Assembly: GCA_052327205.1 (NCBI GenBank)
Contig: CM126220.1
Span: forward strand, 24,986,001-25,050,000
Reading direction: 5' to 3'
DNA: 64,000 nt
DNA from: Somniosus microcephalus
Taxonomy: Eukaryota
The notes under the pieces are model-generated. The model searched no databases. It was not told where the DNA came from and was given only the letters and a program-made list of their open reading frames with translations. A program made the position numbers and the translations under genes. This document shows, piece after piece, positions 11,401 to 24,000 of this stretch; positions within the stretch are counted from its first letter, which is position 1; each line of letters starts with the position of its first letter.

Positions 11401-14400
11401 CTTTAAGACAAGTGGTCAATGGGAGAACAAGGTATGCAAGAGGAAAATGGCTATAAATCTGCTTTAATTTAAAAAAAAAGTTACTCAGGTTTGTCAAATA
11501 GAAATTGAAGGAATTGTACCTGCAGGAAAGAGCAGATCTGTTTGGTTAAATCAAACAAACTGTCTTCACCCTGGTGTAAGGCTCGTGTTATAGCAACAGT
11601 AAGCCACTCCCTGATGGAATTGGAGTTGCCCTGGTAGAAGAGGTCAGTGGAAGAGCAGTTCTGACCCTGGTTACAGTGCTGGAGGGACTGAGCCAGAAGA
11701 ATTGAATTGGAGCTGATTGTTCCATCTGCAGGGAAAGAAAAAGGTTCACAACAAATTTCTCAAATTATTTCACTGAACTCTCTTTCAGATACAGGGTCTT
11801 ATTTTAAGCCACATGGCATCTGGACTCATTATTTTCTTCAGGGATATTGCACCCACTCATTCCCTCCCATCCCACATGGAACTTGATCAACACAAACCCC
11901 TACAGGCAAGGGAGGGACAAGAATTGGTGATTCAGAATTATTCATGGCTCACAACTTTGTTGCTCCCAATGTTATTTAAGAGGGCTAAAGAGGCTTTGCC
12001 AGTCTCTCCCAAGCAATGTTCCACCCAACATATTTCTCCTTCCCCTCCAAACAGAAGAAAAGCTGAAGTCAATCACCAGGCCACTCCCATATACTCGAGT
12101 GGCTGGCTTACCAAGCAAGCAACAGCACGCCGCAAGCAGGTTGGCTGCAGTTGGTACATGGGCCCGGTGAGAGCAGCAAAGAGAGAGACAAAATAACTTG
12201 CAAAGATGTGCTTGTACCCTCAAAAATAGGGTTGCCACATTAATATTCATTTACTGAAGTCCCGTTCTCTTTGTGCCCCCCACATATTCGAGGTTCGGAC
12301 TGTAGTACGGTGTGACAGGAAATATGGCTGTTGCTTAATTACAAGGGTCGCACTATCAAAAAGAATTCAAACAGAAAATATCAGCGTATTAACATTCAGC
12401 ACTGAAAGGATTAAAAGCAAAACTGCAGGCAAAGATGAAGGCTGTTTGCCTAGGAAACACTCCTTATTTCGAAGAGCTAGAAAAGGATAAAACTGGATTT
12501 TTGCCTGCTAGATTTTATTGAATTGAGACACAAATTAATTTTTTTTTTGGAGTCAGCAGTTTATTTTGATCTATTTTCTCCATTTACCAGTTTTTGGGTT
12601 CCCCGAGCACCATTCCACAGCCAGGAGAACCAAGTAAGGTAAATTCGTGCTGTGTTGTGTTATTTAGTAAACAACTGCCAGATGATGAATAACAGCAGCA
12701 GCTAACTTGCCCACAAGTTCTCATCTGTGTGTGTGCCTCTCTCTCCCCCCTCCATTCACTCTGATGTGTTAATAGCCAGCATCTGCCCATCAAATCTGCC
12801 TGATGTATTCCAGGAATAGTTTATTATGTGCGAACCAGGGGTGTAAACCCATCAGCTACCACCAGTAAGTCCACAGTCACACTCCAGTGCATTGCTGGGG
12901 CTCTGGTGCATTCCAAACATGCACCTGTTCCATTGTACAACATACAAAACAACGGTGTTCTGTAAATATTTGTAGTAGTTAGGGCATGAAATTGGAGAAT
13001 AGATAGAACCATATATATTTCTTAATTTGCATTAATCTTAGGAGTAAAATGAATGTTAGTCTAAAAAAAATGAACATAGCTTTAAAGTAATGCCTAAAAG
13101 TACACAATGCTTTCAGTCTACACTTTTCACAATTCTGTTCGTAATTGAAACATTTTTCCCTCTTTCCCCAATTTCAGGGCATTTGGAAAATCATAATGCA
13201 GTCAAGCAGAGTCAGCATGGTTTTCTGAAAGGGAAATCATGTTTAACAAATTTGCTGGAGTTCTTTGAGGATGTAACGAGCAGGGTGGACAAAGGTGAAC
13301 TAGTGGATGTGGTGTATTTGGATTTCCAGAAGACATTAGATAAGGTACCACATAAAAGGTTACTGCATAAGATAAGAGCTCACGGAATTGGGGGTAACAT
13401 TTTAGCATGGATAGAGAACTGGCTAACTAACAGAAAGCAGAGGGTCGGGATAAATGGGTCATTTTCCAGTTGGCAAACGGTAACTAGTGGGGTGCCACAG
13501 GGATTGGTGCTGGGGCCTCAACTATTTACAATCTACATTAATGACTTGGATGAAGGGACCAAGTGTAATGTAGCCAAGTTTGCAGATGATACAAAGATGG
13601 GTGGGAAAGCAAGTTGTGTAGAGGACTCAAAGAATCTGCAAAGGGATATAGACAGGCTAAGTGAGTGGGCAAACATTTGGCAGATGGAGTATAATTTGGG
13701 AAAGTGCGAGGTCATCCACTTTGGCAGGAAAAATAAAAAAGCAAATTATTATTTAAATGGAGAGAGATTACAAAATGCTACAGTTCAGAGTGACCTGGGG
13801 GTCCTTGTGCATGAAACACAAAAGTTAGCTTGCAGGTACAGCAAGTAATCAAAAAGGCAAATGGAATGTTGGCCTTTATTGCAAGGGGGTTGGAGTATAA
13901 AAGCAGGGAAGTCCTGCTACAACTGTACAGGGTATTGGTGAGACCACACCTCGAGTACTGCGTACAGTTTTGGTCTCCTTATTTAAGGAAGGATATACTT
14001 GCATTGGAGGCAGTTCAGAGACGATTCACTTGGTTAATTCCAGAGATGAGGGGGTTGACTTATGAGGAAAGGTTGAGCAGGCTGGGCCTATACTCACTGG
14101 AATTTAGAAGAATGAGAGGTGATCTTATTGAAACATATAAGGTACTGAGGGGGCTCGACAAGGTAGACGCAGAGAGGATGTTTCCCCTCGTGGGGAAATC
14201 TAGAACTCTGGGCACAGTTTTAGAATAAAGGGTCGCCCTTTTAGAACTGAGATGGGGAGGAATTTCTTCTCTCGGAGGGTCATAAATCTATGGAATTCTC
14301 TGCCCCAGAGAGCCGTGGAGGCTGGGTCATTAAATACATTTAAGGTGGAGATAGACAGATTTTTGCAAGATAAGGGAGTGAAGGGTTATGGGGAGCGGGC

Positions 14401-17400
14401 AGGGAAGTGGCTTTGAGCCCAAGGTCAGCCATGATCTTATTGATTGGTGGAACAGGCTCGAGGGGGCCAAGTGGCCTATTCCTGCTCCTATTTCTTATGT
14501 TCTTACGTCCTGATTTTACGATGGTGGCAACTCATGCTGGGGTATAGTTACATGGGCTGCAGTAACCCTCTGGTCCCTCACTCCAGGAACCATTCATCAT
14601 GTGTCAGCCTAGACAGTGAGTGTTGGCAAGATGTATGACCACACTGGGCATCACAACCAACCTCCATCCTGCTCACTGAGGATACCTATAATGCTTCGAA
14701 ACACTCCCTTGGCTAAGATTAGCTAACTCAGCACTGACTGGACAGCGAACCTGGAACTTTAGTGGTGTGTATGGTTCCCTGCCAAACCACACAGTGCATT
14801 ACCCTATTAAGCCACTAGAGACCCAGTTTATAAAATTTCTAAATATTTTTCACAATCAAGAGCTGAAAGAAAGTTTGTTTCCGTCCTAACTTGCTGCAAC
14901 AGGGCGAACATGGATTCTGAACATCCGGCTCAGTTATTTCAAGACTGCTTGAAAATATACAAGTAGTTCAGTTTGTCATCACCAACCTGATAGTGGCGGG
15001 GCCAGAAGTTGATTGGACAATAGCTGCAGGTGCTCCAGCGTGATGTCACGTACCGCAGGGATGTGGAACAGCCGGGTGAAAGTGTGCGGAGACTTGGGAG
15101 CGAAGATGTTCAGCAATGCCATACGGCAGTACAGTCTGGCCAAAGAGGCCTCACAGCGCAGCAACTCTCTGTAAGCAATAGTAGGTGAAAATACACCAAC
15201 AAAGGGAAATGGGAAAAAAAATTGATTCATCAACAGAAATCTTGGTGAAAGTATCTAGTTTATTTTGGACAATCATTGAGAATAAGGGCACTGCAGAGCA
15301 TGTATGCAGCCATTTTAGAAGTAACTGCTCTTTAAAAAAAAAAATGGTTTAAAGAGGACATGAAAAATCTAAATGTTCCATTCATTTTTGGTAGTGTCAA
15401 TTTATGATGATCACATTTCAAGTGTCAGAACATCCATAAGACTCTCATTTTACTAGGACCACTTTAAAAAGTTATAAACCAGCACTTGGTTTCTGTTCTC
15501 GTACATTTTTTTTAGTATTTAACAGTGAGTACTGATGATATCAGTAAGGGAGATGAGCAAGGAAGAGTTACTCAATTTTTGACACTGAAAGCAATCAGAC
15601 CTCAAGCAGTGCTTCAGGAAATGATCATCTTGCTACCAACACTGAACTTCAGTGCAGGGTCATGGACAAGGAATGGTGTGCACTTACTCTCATGACCTGT
15701 AAATATTTTTCTTCCCACAGATCTTAAGTGTATAACAGCTGACTTGACCCAAAGTTCAGTGGTTTTGGCAGAGAGTAATTAATTGATCCATACAGACCAG
15801 GAAGGTGCCAGTTTCAAGTTTCAATGCTGAACATACAGGGTAGCAATAGGGAGCATCAATTGGCTTTAGCAGTCCTGAGTTAAGGAAGGAGGAATTAAAA
15901 AAAGTACTGTTGAGGTCCCCTCTCCTGATTGTTATTCAGGAATCTGTGCTGGATGTCTGCATCTGTTAGTAGTGGGCAAGGACAGGATCAGACTCAGGTG
16001 TGATAATCTGTGATGAAAAAGCCTGCTGCTAACACACCCTGCATCAAGGACCACACTTAACGGACATTTGAATGGAACTGGGAGGTGCCCAGTGTCCTTG
16101 TAACAAATTCACGAAAGGAGGGAAGGAGTGAAAAATTGGCTAAAAGACAAAAAGCATTGTGTTACAAGATCACCACCGACTTCCTCCAATTTAGAGGAGC
16201 AAATATCTGGACTGATTACTTTACAGCACATCTTGTTTTTTTAAATTGAGAAACTAAGGTGAAGCGCCAAAGCTCAACAGAGATTAAAAAAAATAGTTGA
16301 GAAGGCAAAATAAATTATTAGTTGATAGATGACACCAAGTTTCAGTTTTAAAAGCCTGTTGACTGCAGGAGGAAAGGGAGACGAGTGAGGCAACAACAAA
16401 GGCTGCTTTTTTGCCTAGTCTAAAACTGAACAGGTGCAGGGCATTTAAAGTGTGCACGGACAAAATAGCATCACTATGTGCAAGGTGCTTAATACAGCAA
16501 TTGAAAAGCAGACTCTTACTGTCCAAATTTTATTTAAAAATACTGGACTGCTGAGAAAGAGAAAGCTACGGTCCTGGAAAAGAAATAGCTACTTTAGGAG
16601 ACTGAATCGAATGTTAATTATAGCAATAGAATGAGGGCTTTATTGTCTGATCAAAGGCAACTGCAAACCTACTCCTTCCTTCCAGTCCGGGTGACTATTT
16701 GATGTTTTAAAATTGATCAATGTTTGTCGTGAAACCATACAAGTATAAAACAAAACTTTAATTTATGTTGGGTAAGTTCACATCATTCCTTGGATTTAAC
16801 CTAGGAAATTTCCTCTTTAATGAAGCCACCAACTCGTCTTAACTAAAAATTCAAGAAGCATTCAGTGGGCGCAGGTCCCGATTGTATGGAATAACCTCGG
16901 ATCGCAGATGGCAACATTGGATTCAGTTCTTCAAACTCCATTTTACATTTCAATCATTGACTCTTTACTCCGAAATAACTTGCCTGTGAATCTGGATGTT
17001 CGTATTGTCCAGGGTGACTAGTCCATAAGCAGCTGTGCGTCTGTATCCTGTGGGAGGGCGCTCCAGCATGTCAATTGGATACCAATAACGAACCAGCACA
17101 CCTTCGCTTCGCAAGTACGTCTCCACCTGAACCAATTCATTTGCCTAAATTGGAAAGCATGAGCGGACAGTGTGCTTTACATGGGCAACAAAGGCAGTGG
17201 TAATGTTTTATTAAACAGCAACAAGAAACAACCAGAGTCCAGAATATTCGTCATGCATATAACTGCAGGGAAAAAACTGGTTGGTCTAAATAGTGTATAA
17301 AAGTAACCCCACCACAACTCCAAAGGAAAGCTTTGACACTCATATTGGTAAACAAACAGCCAAACTTATTTGGGCTCCTCTCAGCTGCTCCATATTGGCG

Positions 17401-17980
17401 TTGCCCAAAACCATGAGCTTTCCTAAAACTGGAAAAAGTGAAGATTCCAAATTCTGTTGTGAAGAATTGGTTTGACACACTCAATTCCTACCACTGGATA
17501 TTACTGGTCCTTAAACACACCAGTGGCAGGAATGGCTAATTACAATATCATTTTCTTACATTCTTCTGTTCAGCCTCACATCAGACATGCCTTCTGATTC
17601 ACAACTGAAACAGCTGACACTTGAACCTGATTTCCAATGCATTTCAGTTATTTTCAGGCAATGAAGATTGGCATCACTGGGGGTGGCAAAGAGGAAACAA
17701 GTGATTGCAGACGTGAAGCATTTTCCGACCTTCTACGCAACAAGGGCACCGCTGCTCCCACTTTCTCCCTTTCCTCAGCATCATACATCTTCCTCATCTA
17801 GGAAGGCACGGAGCCAAACCACGCCTTTTGCCAATTCAGTGGCACAGATATCAGTAGCAGGGCAGGCACCCCAGTTAGAACGTCCTCCGTTTCTGTCCTT
17901 CCCCCAAAAGGTACAACACCTTGTTTCTGCATGCCACTGCATTTAATAACCTATGAAGTGATCGAAGTTCTCAGCTGAAA

Positions 17981-18018
<38 letters not shown>

Positions 18019-21000
18019 CTACCGTATCAACGTCAAGAACAACTCCATTCAAGCCGAAAGTTTTCATCATTCCTCGGATGGCAAACTTTGGTAAAGCAGT
18101 GCCACCAGTGCTGCTGTTGAGATTATTACTGTCCGGATACCGGATCACCACGGTCAGGCCTGTAGTCGGACAGAACAAACCATTATTATACTATGACACT
18201 GGCACCAGAGCAAATCCTTTCACCCATCAAAAAAAGGGTCAGGTTCCCATTAAATGCAGTAGCCTCTGGACCCTCTGAACACCAAGTTAACCAAAGTCAG
18301 CTGAAGGTCTGTACAGGCCAACAGTGGCAGTTGCTCTAGGCCACTATGATGGACCCGACACCACCAGCCTCTGGATCTTAGCCCCTGCTGCACGCTACCT
18401 TTAAATGTATTGAGGAGGACTTTGTTGCCTCCAACTGCATCGCTGCCAGATTCCCTCCAACTGTGCATTTGCTATTGAAAGTAATTCTGTTTGATAAAAC
18501 AGGGTCCAAATATTTCATGGGTAAACCTTGCAGTAGGCAAAATGAGCAGGCAGACTATAATGGGGAACAGAACCTACCTCAAAAGCAAATTATCAACTTC
18601 AGTGCAATCAGGGGAAATGCAGAGGATTAATTAAACTATAAAGTACATAACAAATCCATTAAACTTGGTGCTACAGGAAAAAAATTACCTTTTCGAACTT
18701 TATCGGTTGTGAATTTATTGGCTTCATCTTTAATGTCCTCAATGGTTGGGAGGTAGAGATCTCTGGGTATGCCACCATTCTCTTCATACAAGAACTCCAC
18801 AGTCTGGCGAGCAATATCTACCATACCTATTTAAAACCAATTATCCATTTGAAGATTATAGTATAACTTCTGTTGTACCTGAACAATCATTACAAGTATA
18901 CAGAGATAATGTCAATGCAATTATACCTTCGCTATATTTAGGGGAATTTAAAAAATGTTACCTTATAGGAAAAATCTTGGCTTTAATCTTCTCCTGCACA
19001 TGCCTACCATTCTAAAACTAAGATTTACCAGAAAGCTGTTTAGATAACAATAATTGGGTCTATATACAAGTTCATATTTTGTGTTAAATGCTAAGTGAGA
19101 CACTTCAAGATACAGTACTGTCTGGTTATGTGTGTACTAATCTGTTACTGAATTATGAAACCAGCAAAACTGGCATCAAAGACTTAAACAATATCAGGCA
19201 TGCATTTCTGGAAAGTGAGTACTATGAAAGAAAAATTAAGATACATAATCCTCAGGCCTACTAGCAATTAGATTGAATAGGCATCTGAATAATTGTCTTA
19301 ACTCCAGTAAGGTTACACAACTCCTCAATGCCTCTGCTAAAGAGCACATTTAAAGGGTTTTCATTGGAGATAAATTCAAGCATTGAGCCCCATTTATCAA
19401 GAGATTGACGAGGTCAGTCGAGGACACAATCCAAAATGAAAGGGACCAATTCAGTCACCTGACAGAACCAAGAGATTGCTACGGACTTTACTGGGTTTAC
19501 CAAGACTTTTTGGCAGCTATTGTTCTTCAGAATAAACTGATCCATTGATTTTGCAATTATGTGGGTAATCTCTCTTGGGCAATTTCCTCCCCCTACCCTG
19601 GCAGTCTTCACGAGTTGTGAATTGTGGAGTTCCTTCCCCTCTTCAAATTTTAGCACTTCTGGTTGACGCACATTTCTTTTGCTTTATCCTCTGCAGCCAA
19701 ACAAGCCAATTCTAACTGTGTGTCTTTAAGTCCTCTGCTGTTTGCTACTGCTCAACTTACTTTAAGTTTAAAAAGTTGATAACCCTACATTGCCTCAACT
19801 TTTCATTTTTTACGTCAGATATTTTCTTTGGGTTCGGCATCTCAGACAACTCCTGTAGGCAAATCCCTGGCTCCCTATGAACCAGATGAAGGTTTTACCT
19901 GACCAGTATCTCGCTCATTTGAAAGCGAGCTCAGGGGTCGAACAAAAACCTCTTAGCATTGTATTTCAGCTTACTGATTATATCACATGTCCCCAAGTGA
20001 TCCTCAACTATGGAAGGTACTGTAGCAGTATAAACTGGTTTATGCTATAAAATGGCCAACGGATTTAATTGTAAATAGTTAAGTGAAGATGTTTCAATAA
20101 CACTGCAGCTTTGCAGTACTTACAGGCTTAACTATCCCTCCTTGGAAGATAGAAAATAATAATCCTATCGGCTGCACTGTACTGCAAGCAGAAATGGATC
20201 AGGCACAAGGTTGCTGACTCAATCTTACGTGGCAGCTCGCTGCTGACAGAGTCTCTCTAGCTAATCTATCTCTGCTGGTTTTAGGCAGACTACTTAAACA
20301 AAACAACCCGAGATGGAATTCTGGACAGGGCAAAATCTATATATATATAAACGAGTCGATCTGTCTGTCTATCTGTCCTTCTGTCCTCGGGTGTGCATCT
20401 GTCCAGCTATGCGCTCGAAAGTTATAGAGCGTACCTACGCGCGCGTTACCTCCGAAGAAAGCTTACGGTTCCGGGACGGTCGTAAGCGTATTTACTTTTC
20501 GGTCGGACGAAAATTGTTCGCGCCTTATACAAAAAACCTTCAAAATTAAACTCATTATCTGCTACTTCGCATTGATTGACTGACGTCAAGGTTCGACCAA
20601 TCCTGTGCTGTCACGATTGACCAATCCTACAGTACGGTCCCCTGATGGTTGGCCAATCGGTGTGTGTGTGGGGGGGTGGGACTAATCGTTTTCATCTCAG
20701 GGATCTGGCAGCCATTGTTTCACTGCCATTACTTCAGCTTCCAGCTCAAACTACTCTGCTCATCCAGCTTTGAAAAAGTTAGTATCTCTTTTAAAAATAA
20801 CATAACATTTACCAAAAACGTTTTATAAGTACTTTCACCTTTCAAGGTATTAAAAAGGTAGAAATGTTGCCCGGCAGCAGATTGAGAGAAGGACACAGAC
20901 AGGGCCCAAAAGCCTGGGACTCGATTTAAAATGTTGCCCGGCAGCAGATTCACAGAGGGACACAGAGGCCCCAAAGCCTCGCACTCGATTTAAACCGCCC

Positions 21001-24000
21001 GGCCCAAAACAGCCCTGGCAAAGCTGGGCTCCCCCAGCTAGTTTAAATATATATCTCAAACTGAGCTGATAAACAAATATATATTCAAACAAAACCAACA
21101 GGACTCTTGTGTTTGAAATGAATGTCTCGGCTCCTCCCTCAGATATCTATCACGGACATTACATCTGTTCTGGAGCAACTGCACATCAAAATAAGCTGAG
21201 CTATTTCCAGAGAATGAATCTGTATTTTAACCTCATTATATCATGACAAAGAAAAATAGTAAATAATAGAGATAAAGTGGTTTCATTTTTGTCATACCGC
21301 CCTTTAGAGGAGACATGAGGTCTCATCTTGCAGTTCTGGTTGTTTAGAAGAGCAGGGGCTTCTGGTGTCCTAGCCAATACTGCTCCCTCCAGCAATACTA
21401 CCAAAAATAGATTCATTGGGCATTTCTTATTACAGTTTGTGGGTTCCTGTGTGGAAAAATGGCCATTGCACTCTAAAGTAATAATTGCATGCAAAGTCCT
21501 TTGCAGCATTTCTGAGTTGTGTAATACGGTGCTATATAAATCCAAATATTGCTTTCAGGAATCTCTAAATTTGATGGCTATACTCAGTTGCCCCTTGTTC
21601 CTACATTTTGCGCTTTAAACCTGCTGACCACAGGCAGCTGTGAGCAGTTCAATGTATCTGCAATGAACTGCTCAGCAACACTAACTGCAACTCTCACTCC
21701 TTTTATAGTCAACTAGCTGGGGGAGCCCGGCTTTGCCAGGGCTGTTTTGGGCCGGGCGGTTTAAATCGAGTGCCAGGCTTTGGGGCCTCTCTCTGTATCT
21801 GGTGCCGGGCAACATTTTAAATCGAATCCCAGGCTTTTGGGCCCTGTCTCTCTGTCCCTCTCTCAATCTGCTGCCGGGCAACATTTCTACCTTTTAATAC
21901 CTTGAAAGATGAAAGTGAAAGTACTTAAAAACGTTTTTGGTAAATCTTTTAAAAATAACATGAGAGATACTAACTTTTTCGAAGCCGGATCAGCAGATTT
22001 TGAGCTGGAAGTAAATGGGGTTTTTAGCTTGAGGCAATGGCTGCCACATCCCTGAGATGAAAACGATTAGTCCCGCCCACAGACGCAGCGATTGGCCAAC
22101 CATCAGGCGACTGAACTGTAGGATTGGTCAATGGTGACGGCACAGGATTGGTCGAACCTTGACGTCAGTCAATCAATGTTAATTAGCAGATAATGAGTTT
22201 AATTTTGAAGGTTTTTTGCATAAGGCGCAAACAATTTTTGTCCGACCGAAAAGTAAATACGCTTACGACCGTCCCGGAACCGTAAGCTTTCTTTGGAGGT
22301 AACACACGCGTAGGTACGCTCTATAACTTTCGAGTGCATAGCCGGACAGACACACACCGGAGGACAGACAGACAGAACGATCCTTTTATATATATAGATT
22401 GTCAATGGAGAAGAACTACATGCTGTCACGGAAAAGGCCATTTTACACAAAATGACTGCTCCCAGGGCTGCTTATGACAAACAGTACAAAACAAAAGGAA
22501 CAATGGAGAAACCCAATATACCTTCAAAATAGGAGCATGTAGCAATTCAACAGAATACACTTCTTTAACAATCTGCTACGGTTATTCAATCATCACACTA
22601 GATTGCTTGGAACCTACCAAGCTGCAGTGCACCCTTTATCTGATCCAATCCAGATTTTCTTTCCGCTTCATTCCGGAATCGTCTGCGAATCGTAGGGAAG
22701 ACTTTGGTTTCCCAGGCTTTGACTAAAAGTGCATAATGATCCTCCTGTGGAAGGACAATATAAGAAATCACAGAAACCAAGCACCGGTAGTTTGCCAAAC
22801 AGCATGCTACAATTAACAGGAGTAGAAAATTAAGATAAACAAAAAAATACTTCAATCACTCCTGTTTTAAATTAAAATTTGCTAAATTTTCTCCTTTTTG
22901 GCAAGTTTTTTCCCCCCAATAAATTTGTGCTCATTTCTCAAAGTTCCATATTATAAAAGCTATAATTTATTACAGGGAGAACAACTTGTATGGAAACACA
23001 CGAGACAGAATTTACACACCATGAGTGGGCTGGCCTGATAACTCATGAATGATAAAGTAAGATGTAAATTCCATGCCACAGGTCTTCATAATCTATTAGT
23101 TATATCACATGAAAATATTAAGCAAAAGATGCATTTCACAGCGCATTATGGTTCTTTTTGGATTGTTACATTACAAACACTAATCAGTGGGATTTACGTT
23201 TATGATGAGCCTGAACTGGCAGAGCACTTGTGCCATATCTACGGCGTATGCCGTTATTACGGTGCAGAAATTCCAACAAATTATGGCAAGAGTGACTTAT
23301 GCCATTATGTATACCATGCCATAATTTGCGAGGCCTTTTGCGCCGTTCAACCATTACCCTTGCCGAAAACAGCTAGGCGATCATTTATAATAGTCCTGCC
23401 CCCAATTGCAAATTTGCTGTATTTAAGCAATTCTTCACGCAGCTGCCACTTAAGACTGAAAAATAACGGCATTGGAGACCTAGCAGTGGCGTGACTTATA
23501 TTTGGAGGAAGCAGTTGTTTTAGGGTTGTACCAAAAGAAAAAAAATATGTAAATTGATGTACTGGTTACAAAACCGTTCTAATTTTAACAATGTCAAAGT
23601 GACGAGAATGAGAGATAATGCAGTTTAATGCAGGAGGAGGCGAATTCCAATGTGACGAGGCTACTGTCATTTGCAAGCGAGAGTCCCAAGGCGATGCATG
23701 GAGAGATTACTATTCTCGACTGTAACTGTAGGTTTGTTGCCTTGATTGCAAATACATGCACCGTATATGGATGACAGCTTCTACTAAGAAAGGGTGTGAA
23801 GAAAGCGGCAAGACTGTGAGCTGCCTGCTTAACATTGCAATATCTTGTATCTGCAGAAAATCAAAATCCCTCCGTGCTTTACATATTCAAAAAGTCAGTG
23901 ACTGTCTCAGGTGATATGCGATTAAAACGTGGGCACTTAATTGTTAAAATGGAAAAAATGAAATGGAGTACAGTAAAAATCTACATAGCCCAACATGGCA

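Noticed and set aside
13090-14228. Domesticated or active reverse transcriptase gene
   Set aside because: 5'-truncated CR1 with a frameshift near 13830; the N-terminal residues come from flanking intron sequence.
19360-20300. Possible LTR/gag remnant
   Set aside because: Could not identify termini, TSD or diagnostic motifs.
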